Positions 50,601-59,380 of a stretch of 59,380 nucleotides of DNA are shown here, piece by piece. Within the stretch, counting starts at the first letter, position 1, and each line of letters opens with the position of its first letter. Position numbers and translations under genes: made by a program. Origin of the DNA: Octopus sinensis (taxonomy: Eukaryota). The stretch covers positions 1 to 59,380 of the forward strand of contig NW_021835511.1 of assembly GCF_006345805.1 (NCBI RefSeq). Reading direction: 5' to 3'. Below the pieces are notes generated by a model. That model was not told the DNA's origin. It saw only the letters and a list, made by a program, of their open reading frames with translations, and did no database searches.

Positions 50601-52523
50601 AGTTATTGTATTATTACCATTATTTTTATTTTTATTTGTGTGCATCTTAGTTATCTACTTCAATCTTATCCGAGTAGTTACCTATGTTCTGGTCAATGCT
50701 TCTATTTGAATTGTTGGGCCTGTACTCCAGATTAGCGTTTACCGTTAATTTAATTCTACTTTTATTTCGGGCTTGGTCTTTTTGCTGCTTACGTGATTAC
50801 TGATAACTTCATTATTAGGAATACGTGAGTTCCCCTATCAACGAATGTAATCTTTTGGTTGTATCCAGCCTTAGTTAACGCCGCATTATAATGCTCAGAA
50901 TGGGAGTTAAATATCCTTATTGGATGATAATTTTGAAATTCTTAATGAAATATTTCTTACTAAAGATTCTATTATATTTGGGGGATGATTTGATAATTTA
51001 TTTACGTAATTCGTGACTTCGCCTTCCTTTCTAAATGGGTAATGTAGCTTGGAGTTAAGGTCTAGGGTAATATCTAGGAAATTAGCTATTTTAGTGCCCG
51101 GTTCATACGTTATACTGAGGTTGAAATCCTTAAAGAACTTATTAATTTTCTTCTAATCCTTTCTATAACAGATTTATTATTACTAGGGATAACAAACAGA
51201 GCATCATCCCTATATAGACCCCCCTGTATTTCTGGGATATCCTTGCTTATGCATTTTAATAGATATGCGCCTACTAGGTTGGTTACCTCAGCCGAATCAC
51301 TGGAACCCATTGGTATATCAAAAAAATTTGGTGTATCTGCTCTAGTCCATAACTTATCTTCAAATTCAATAAATGTCTTCCTAGCTAGTAGCACAATATT
51401 GATTTCTTCTCTAGTTATGAGGGAGCGATTCATGGCAAATATTAGTGATTTGTTGAGTAAGATAGGGGAAATGCTAGAGTAATAACTATTAATATCGAAC
51501 TGAATAAAGGACAGACTACTAGTATTAGTTAGAGAGTTAAACCATTTTAGAACTTCGTCGGTACTTAGCCATAGGTTAAGGGGAGAAGAGGGGTTATTTG
51601 GGGTAGAACAGTATCCAGGATAGATTTACTAAGTCGGCCATGTCCGACTTAGTTGGACAGATCAGCCTTACCGAAGGGTTATCCAAGAAGTCCTTTTTGT
51701 GGTCTTTAAGGTTGATCCTGGGCTCACAGGTTTAAGTGGCTCCGTTCTATCTGTTAAATTTAGTTTCTCCATGATCTCTTTCATTTCCATGTTTACTTTT
51801 TTCAAATTGTTCTTAGTTGTAATTTTTATTTGGAGTTTAGTTCTTTCCTAATTAATTTGCTATAAATATCGTAATCACTCTATACCTATTACCCGTTTTA
51901 TCTGCTGGTACTAGGATTCCATGTTTGCACCGGGTTGACTGAATAAAGTTCCTAAGGTGTCTAAGGTGAGGGTTATATCTTAACGGGTGTTCATTGAAGC
52001 TAATATCATCTATAAGATTCAGCAAGTCTTTCTCAAAGTTCTCCAGGAATGGGTTCTGAGGTGGGCTTTTTCTACTTTTAAAATTCTTCTAAAATTCTTT
52101 TCGGTATTCATTTCCTGAGGTTTCTTCTTCTGTTTGACATCAAAATGGTACGTTTTCCACCTGATTCTTCTAATGAAATCGTTAATCCTATGAATGAGAA
52201 GCCAATTATATTCATCTATACTATGTAAGGGGATATATATACACACACACATATATATACACACACACATATATATATATTTATATATATTTATATATAT
52301 GCATACATGTGTGTGTGTGTGTGTCTGTCCCCCATTACCATTTGACAACCAGTGTTGGTGTGTGTACGTCCCCGTAACATAGCGGTTCGACAAAAGACAC
52401 CGATAGAATAAGTACCAGGCTTAAAAAATAAGTACTGAGGTCGATTCATTCGATAAAAAATTCAAGGCAGTGCTCCAGCATGGCTGCAGTCTCATGACTG
52501 AAACAGGTAAAAGATGAAAGATA
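47683..52523 (+). mobile_element. SINE-B split by Penelope (head 47683-47874, tail 52233-52523)
   Basis: 8 bp TSD AATTCCTA at 47675-47682 and 52524-52531. Confidence 0.85.
47875..52232 (-). mobile_element. Penelope-like retroelement (RT + GIY-YIG), 5'-truncated, decayed
   Basis: INDFIRRIRWK; FDIPMGSSDSAEVTNLVG..GLYRDDAL; FPISHRYHRII.RKTVRISYS; CKCRIKSKCP..VIYKCTIS..FYIGCT..F.ARVRNH; CQLCSMETYEILK..LLN (ends about 49435). Several stops and frameshifts. Confidence 0.92.
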
Positions 52524-52537
52524 AATTCCTAATAACA

Positions 52538-52933
52538 TCTTTATATATAAAAGTGAAGTTGTGTGTCTGTCTCCTACGATTTAGATTCCTAACTACTCCC
52601 ACATTTTGCGGTGCAGTTTAACCAAAACGGGGTATCTTATAGTCGTGATTCATATCGAGCCCTTCTGGGTATTAGCGCGCGTCTACGATGAGTCTACGAT
52701 TTTAAAAATAAATTACCATCATTTTTTCCATTGTAATGCATTTTTTCGCTATTATATAAGGGAAGTAACTCTCTAAAAATGTCTACGATGAGTCAACGAT
52801 TTAAAAAAAAAATTACCATAATTTTTTTTCCATTTTTAATGCATTTTTATGCTATTTTTTGGCTATAACTCTCTAAATATGCTTTATAGTTATTTCCCTT
52901 ACAAACCCGAGCAACGCCGGGCGATACTGCTAG
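52538..52933 (+). mobile_element. Helitron-type MITE with about 100 bp internal tandem duplication
   Basis: A|TC...CCCGAGCAACGCCGGGCGATACTGCTAG|T; same family as 41908-42201. Confidence 0.85.
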
Positions 52934-53049
52934 TTTAATCATAAAAATATAATAGGATTTTTAAAAACACTGAATGGCTCCGAGGATCCACCCGAGAAGA
53001 ATAGGAATCAAAGGGCTCAACAGGTTAAAAAGGGTTGAAAAACACTGAT

Positions 53050-53270
53050 CTATTATTGTTGCTTAGTCCTTGGTCAACCCTGATCGTGTAGACTTATAAT
53101 CGAAAACATTTCAGCCGTGACCATCCTGACTTTTTTCTATATGCTGTTAATCCAGGACCACATAAGCTAACGTGTCCTACTCTAAGACGATGGGGTGTAA
53201 TTTAAAAGAGATTTAGATGCTGTTTCTAGAAGTTCGAACGACCACGTAGAGGCTCCCTCTGCTGGTTGTT
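53050..53270 (-). mobile_element. SINE-like family D
   Basis: CCCTGATC..GACCATCCTG..GATTTAGATGCTGTTTCTAG..ACCACGTAGAGGCTCCCTC. Confidence 0.55.
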
Positions 53271-53480
53271 GCGGCTGTGATGGTGTGAAGCGATGACAAA
53301 ATCCTGGGCTTTTCTTATTGTTGTTTATCTCCAGTGATCCCTTTTAAGTAAACATGTTGCAAATCGTTCCAACCATGATCACATTTAAGAGTGACCAATA
53401 GAGACTTGCAAGAGAGCGTTTGACGAACCATCGACCGCTTGGTTCGTTGACCGGTATTTATCGACTCAGTGTTTTAAAAA

Positions 53481-53712
53481 AAGCGGCGAGCTGGCAGAAA
53501 CGTTAGCACGCCGAGCGAAATGCGTAGCCGTATTTCGTCTGCCGTTACGTTCTGAGTTCAAATTCCGCCGAGGTCGACTTTACCTTTCATCCTTTCGGGG
53601 TCGATAAATTAAGTACCAGTTACGCACTGGGGTCGATGTAATCGACTTAATCCGTTTGTCTGTCCTTGTTTGTCCCCTCTGTGTTTAGCCCCTTGTGGGG
53701 AGTAAAGAAATA
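53481..53712 (+). mobile_element. SINE-A (tail 1), full length
   Basis: 17 bp duplication GGTATTTATCGACTCAG at 53453-53469 and 53713-53729, plus 13 extra nt at the 5' junction. Confidence 0.92.
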
Positions 53713-53817
53713 GGTATTTATCGACTCAGCTTGCCCCCGCTTTCTATCGACTTTATCTCACACCTTTTTCTAGTCTCTCTCTCTTCACTTCCCATCGCCT
53801 TACAACCTAAATAATAG

Positions 53818-54194
53818 TACTGGTTTCAAATTTTAGCACAGAGCCAGAAATTTCTGGCGTAGGGCTAAAGTCGACCCTGGAGGCATTTGAATCCAGAACG
53901 TAAAGAGGAACGAAATGCCTCTAAGCATTTTGTTCAGCGTTGCTAACGATTTAACCAGCTCGCCGCCTTAACCTAAAGAATTCTTTCTACTATAGACACA
54001 GGACCTGGAACTTGTGGCAAGGAGACAATCGGTCACATCGACCCAGGAAATTGACTGGTACTTAATTTATCGACCCTGAAAGGATGAAAGGCAAAGTCGA
54101 CTCTGGTGGCATTTGAACTCAGAGCGTAAAGTTGGATGAAATACCGCGAAGCATTTTGCCCGGTGTGCTAACCATTCTGACAGCTCGTCCCTTT
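53818..54194 (-). mobile_element. Two older head-to-tail SINE-A copies with different tails
   Basis: Copies about 53818-53969 and 53982-54194, bounded by AACCTAAA(T/G)AAT three times. Confidence 0.75.
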
Positions 54195-54584
54195 AACCTA
54201 AATAATAATATTAAAAATGGAACATAGTTACACGAACACATACGCATATACGTACACATATTGACACAGCATTTATACACACATTCACCTTGTCAACTCA
54301 AGCTAAGCAGAGATGAAATATGTTATATTCGAAAACCTAACACACTTATGAGATACGCACACATACTAACCTACCTATTCATATATATATATATATATAT
54401 GCATGTATGTATAAACACACAGAGGTATGATGGTGTATATGTGCATGTATATATAAATACATATATACATATATGTATATGTATACATATGATATATAAT
54501 ATAATATATAATATAATATAATATAATATAATATAATATAATATATATAAATATATAATATATATTATGTGTGTGTGTGTGTGT

Positions 54585-54627
<43 letters not shown>

Positions 54628-54749
54628 TATATTGAAACTCACGGATAAATACATTATTCGCATCTGATACGTGATCTTTTGGTATTCCTAGTTTCAAAAG
54701 ATTATGAAGTAAAATATGAGAATAATTACCATTTCCACCCCACCACCCC

Positions 54750-55383
54750 CACCCTACCATCGGAAAAATGATCGAAATCTAAAATGAAAGCGAAAACAAA
54801 AGAGAAATATGTCGAGAAAGCGTCGCAGAAAATCTTGAAAACGCTCTTTTATCATCATTATTATAGAGTAATGACTAAACGTCAATTGTTGAAGAAAAAA
54901 TATATGAAGAAAAAAGACGCGAAATATGTTGAGAAGAGAAAAAGAAAACTCTTTAGAATTATAAGAAAAAGAGAAGGATGAGGGAGAAGATACAGATGGA
55001 AGAAGCAGACGAAGAATGAAAAGAAGAGAGCGAAGATGAAGAAGAATGGGTGGAAGGAAAAGAAGAGAAAATGAAGAAGTGTAAGAAAAAAAGATGGTGA
55101 TTATTGATGAGCGAGAAGAGGGAGGAGGAGAAGGAGGAAGAGGAGAAGAGAAGAAAAGTGTAAAAAAGGAGGAAGAGGAATAGGAGAAGAAGAAGAAGAA
55201 GAAGAAGAAGAGGAGAAGAAGAAGAAGAAAAGAGTGCAAAAGAAGAACGAAGACGAAGAGAAGAAAAGAGTACAAAAGAAGAAAAAGGAGGAGGAAGAGG
55301 AGGAGGAGGAGAAAAAAGTAGAAAAGAGGGAGGAGGAAGAAGAGGAGAAAGACGAAGAAAAAAGATGATAGTGATGATGAGGG

Positions 55384-55423
<40 letters not shown>

Positions 55424-55625
55424 AATAGTAAAAACAAAAAGTTGCCCCCGAAGATCTGCAATAAGTTAAAGAGGAGGACGGAGCGGGGAAGATGAAGACA
55501 AATACAAAAAAAAAAAATATGAAGACGGATAAAATAAGATGAAAAAGAAAGAGTGGAAAAATGAGAAGATGAATATGAAAAAAAAGACAAAAATATAGAA
55601 ACTTAAAAAAAACAAAGAAAAAAAA
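54750..55625. repeat. Purine-rich (GAA/GAG/GAT)n low-complexity tract
   Basis: Directly visible. Confidence 0.9.
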
Positions 55626-55836
55626 AGCTATAGTAATTCTTAGTTGGGTTATAATGTTTTCCTAATTTGAGTTTTGTTTGAAAATCTCAGGAAAGTCACA
55701 TTTTGTGAATCATTCAAAATAGTTTTCCAATTTCTAAGTAAAGAATTGTTATTTCGTATGAGATAATAATAATGGAACCAATTGAGAGGAATCAGGGAAG
55801 AGTTCAAGAAAGCACTGAGATGCCGGAGATTCTTGG

Positions 55837-56059
55837 CTCTTTACTAACTCTTTTACTTGTTTCAGTCATTTGACCGCGGCCGTGCTGGAGCACCGCCTTT
55901 AATCGAGCAACTCGACCCCGAGACTTATTCTTTTGTAAACCCAGTACTTATTCTATCGGTCTCTTTTGCCGAACCGCTAAGTGACGGGGACATAAACACA
56001 CCTGCATCGGTTGTCAAGCAAGTGCTAGGGGGACAAACACAGACACACAAACACACACA

Positions 56060-56124
<65 letters not shown>

Positions 56125-56294
56125 GATACATATATACGACGGGCTTCTTTCAGTTTCCGTCTACCAAATTCACTCACAAAGCTTGGTCGGCCGAGGCTAT
56201 AGTAGAAGACACTTGCCCAAGGTGCCACGCAGTGGGACTGAACCCGGAACCATGTGGTTGGTAAACGAGCTACTTACCACACAGCCACTCCTGC
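55837..56294 (-). mobile_element. SINE-B, full length
   Basis: Colinear with 47036-47432. Confidence 0.92.
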
Positions 56295-56539
56295 TGTGAA
56301 TATAAAAACAAAAAGAAATTCAATTCACTTCTTCTCACGTCAATGGCAAAGACAATCGCTCTCTTTCTCTCTTCTCTTTACCTTTTCCTCTCTCTTCCTC
56401 TTCCCGTCTTTCTGTCTTTCTTCCTTTTCTTTCTTCCTTTCTTTCTTTCTGTCTTTCTGTCTTTCTTCCTTCCTTCCTTCCTTCCTTCCTGTCTTTCTTT
56501 TTCTTTCTGTCTTTCTTTCTACCCTAGTATTTATGTTTT

Positions 56540-56858
56540 TCTTAAGTCTGGTACCTATCCTATTGTCTCCTTTTGCTGAACTGCTAAGTTATGGGAACGT
56601 AAACAAACCAATACCAGTTGTCAACCAGTTCGGGGTAGATACAAACATACACATAAGGACACACGCACACCACACTCATATACGACGACGGGATTCACAC
56701 AGTTTCCTTCCACCAGATTCACTCACAAAGTATTGGGTCAGCCCGGGGCTATGACAGAAGACTGTATAGTAGAAGCCCAAAGTGTCGCGCAGTGGGACTG
56801 AACTCGAAACCTTGCGGTTGCAAAGCGGGCTTCTTAAGCACACACACAAGCCTGCGCC
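56540..56858 (-). mobile_element. Older SINE-B-related copy
   Basis: GCTGAACTGCTAAGTTATGGGAACGTAAAC..GCGCAGTGGGACTGAACTCGAAACC. Confidence 0.7.
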
Positions 56859-57165
56859 CATGGATGTCTCTACTGGAAAGCACCGTTCCAGGTACTCTCA
56901 GAGCATCCGACAAGATGCCTTGCAAGATATGTCTCAGCTCTTTTCATTCCTGACTTCAGATTTCTCCTTGGGTGTCTTCTCCACGAAATTTCTCACCCTG
57001 GGTCAACGAGAGAAAAAAACTACCACAAATAATTGCCTTATCACCTTTGTACTTTAATGTTACTGCTTTGATTTACAAACACAGACAACAATCACACATG
57101 CGCATAGCTATCTATCTATCCATCTATCTCTCCATCTCTCCATCTATCTGTCTATCTGTCTGTCT

Positions 57166-58329
57166 CGTCTCCATGACCGAACTGCAGTCGTGGATCAAAA
57201 AGAGGCCGAGGAAGGGCGAATGGCACCGCGAGTGTCGCGTTGCTCTCAAGCAACTCTGCCGTCCCGGGTCGACCTTGAGTGACTTCAACACAACCAAAGC
57301 ATTCTATAGGGGTTTAGTGGAGGGGAGGTACGACGACGAGCTCGGGGCGAACCTGGACGTCGACGAGGTGTACCTGACCCGCCTGTTCAGGACGACTTTC
57401 GGGCCAGGGCCCATGGACAACTTCCAGAGATCCCTGGCCTGGCAGTGCTACCGAGAAGCGCTACCCGTTCGGGATAAGCTCTACAGACAGGCTCAGAGAA
57501 ACACGGGGCCGACCTGCCCGAGATGCGGTCAGAGCGACGAAACCGTTCTGCACGCACTCGTGCAGTGTCCAACAATTTCCGACCTGTGGGCTTATGTCGA
57601 ACAACTGCTGTCACGTGTGGGACGAGTCGGTTATCAGCTGAGTCTATCGTTAATATTTTCACGCCTCCCTCCTTCAAACGGGAAGGAAGAGCTATTTTCA
57701 TCATCCTTGTGGCTATGGCGAAAGAATGTATCTGGTGGACGCGTCTGAAAGGATTGGAGACAAACACTTTCCTCTCTGGTCAATCTCTCATCAACTTCTT
57801 CAAGTACCACTTGAAAAGGAAAGTGAGAGTAGAGAGGCAAGTTTTGTCTAGCGAATGTTTTAAAAAAAGATGGGTGAATGTAGCAAGAATGGCACGTATG
57901 AATGACGAAGCCACCTTGAGCATAGTCCTATGAACCCAGAAATTGAAAACCGAGAGTTGCTTATTTGCAAAAAAAAAAAAAAAAAGAAATATAACATGTG
58001 ACTCCATTGACCGAGGTTACCGTGGTCTTTTCCGTAGGCTTTTCTTTCCACGGGTAAACCTCACCTGTTCCTCCCCTTTAACTTCATATTGACATTTCTG
58101 TGATAACGATCCTATGATCAATTTTTTTTTTTTTTTTTTTTTCTCTTTTTTTCTTCCTCTCCCCTTTTTTTAACCACCCTTTTTGTCCTCTTTCTCTCCT
58201 TTACGATCCCTTTTGATCGAAACTCCCCCTTCCATTTTTTCTTTTTTTTTTTTTTTTTTAAACCTTCAAAAGAAAAGCTCTACCGTAATTTGTTCTATCT
58301 GTGTGCAGCCCTGTGGGCTAATAAAGAAA
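57166..58329 (+). mobile_element. Tx1/L1-clade LINE, 5'-truncated 3' end, flanked by (TATC)n
   Basis: AWQCYREALPVRDKL..TCPRCGQSDETVLHALVQCP zinc-binding motif; frameshift near 57625; stop at 57933; T-rich 3' UTR ending GCCCTGTGGGCTAATAAAGAAA. Confidence 0.85.
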
Positions 58330-58354
58330 CATACTCTATCTATCTATCTATCTA

Positions 58355-58439
<85 letters not shown>

Positions 58440-59068
58440 GATACATACATACATAAATGTATGTATGTATCTATATTTATATTTACACAAGTGACTTAGT
58501 GAGATCAGTATAAACACTTAGTGAATCGATCTAATCCACTGCTCGACAGTCAGGTGTTTGTTTGTTTGTGCGCGCGGATGTCTGTGTACGTGTGGGTATC
58601 TATACATGTAAGTGTGTGTATATGGATGCATGTGTGTGTATGTGTGCGTTTAAGAAACACTTAGACCCACAGCAAAATGAGAACGTTTGCTAGTGTAGTC
58701 TGTATCGTGTTTGAAGGCTAAAACCGTCGGTCTGAAAGCCTTCTTGTTCTAAACAAGCTTAAGTACATGGCTAATTGCAAGTATTCTCGACAGTTTGGCT
58801 CAGCATTAGTCTACAAAGGGATAATATAATTTGACTCCAGTCACAAGTCATTCCGGACGTTTCCTAAAACACTTTAAGGCACACGAACACAAATACACAG
58901 ATAGATAGACAAGTACACACATACGCGCATTCGTACGCATACAGACACGCACACAAATACACGCACACATGCATATACGTGGAAAAGCACACATACTGAC
59001 ACCAACACACAAGCATATACGCAAATAGACACATAAACAAACACTAAAGCACATCCACACTGACAAAT

Positions 59069-59105
<37 letters not shown>

Positions 59106-59380
59106 CCTCTCTCTCCATCTCCCTCTCTCTAACGTACAAACACGCACAAGCACATATATCAGTTGATGCATGTATGGAGGTAAAACGAAAAAGCGCACAG
59201 ACAGACAGACAGACAGACAGACAGAGGAAGAGAGTCACGTGCAAACAAAGATGTCTCCTCCTCGGGTACACACGAGCGGAGACATTTATAGGCAGGCACA
59301 TGGACAAACTCACTTTACAAACACAATAATGTGTTCGTTTAATATAGTTTCATACCAAATCTGAATCAGTCCAAGAATAA

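Larger units (their letters stand above)
47561..53047. mobile_element. hAT MITE split by nested insertions (5' half 47561-47682; 3' half 52524-52537 + 52934-53047)
   Basis: TIRs CAGTGGTTCTCAAC / GTTGAAAAACACTG. The rejoined halves align with the intact copy at 18028. Confidence 0.8.

Noticed and set aside
54754-55590. 278 aa Phe/Leu/Ser-rich ORF
   Set aside because: Antisense reading of a (GAA/GAG/GAT)n tract.

Overview
Repeat-dense, AT-rich eukaryotic DNA. It is most likely octopus or another cephalopod; this is inferred from recalled SINE families and the (TA)n/(TATG)n/(TATC)n microsatellite load, not proven. I can support no intact host protein-coding gene, and almost all long ORFs in the track are microsatellite artefacts. 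The window holds about 25 tRNA-derived SINE copies in five families (my labels A-E) and a co-oriented cluster of R4/Dong-type RLE LINEs sitting in (AAT)n tracts, one of them 3 kb with RT, CCHC and RLE motifs but frameshifted. It also holds a 4.4 kb decayed Penelope element, two Tx1/L1-clade 3' fragments, six Tc1/mariner relics, hAT MITEs, Helitron-like MITEs and one 28S rRNA fragment. Most notable: (i) SINE-A 3' junctions repeatedly fall at GGTAYWT, with target-site duplications (TSDs) in unrelated flanks, and SINE-A shares its 3' end with a Tx1 LINE in the window; (ii) the 28S fragment is fused to a retroposon 3' tail; (iii) a fold-back element encloses a minimal hammerhead ribozyme core, and a related near-perfect 294 bp hairpin lies elsewhere; (iv) an orphan ORF island at 12.3-13.0 kb; (v) a reconstructable MITE>SINE>Penelope nest. 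Coordinates were counted by eye and may be off by a few bases.
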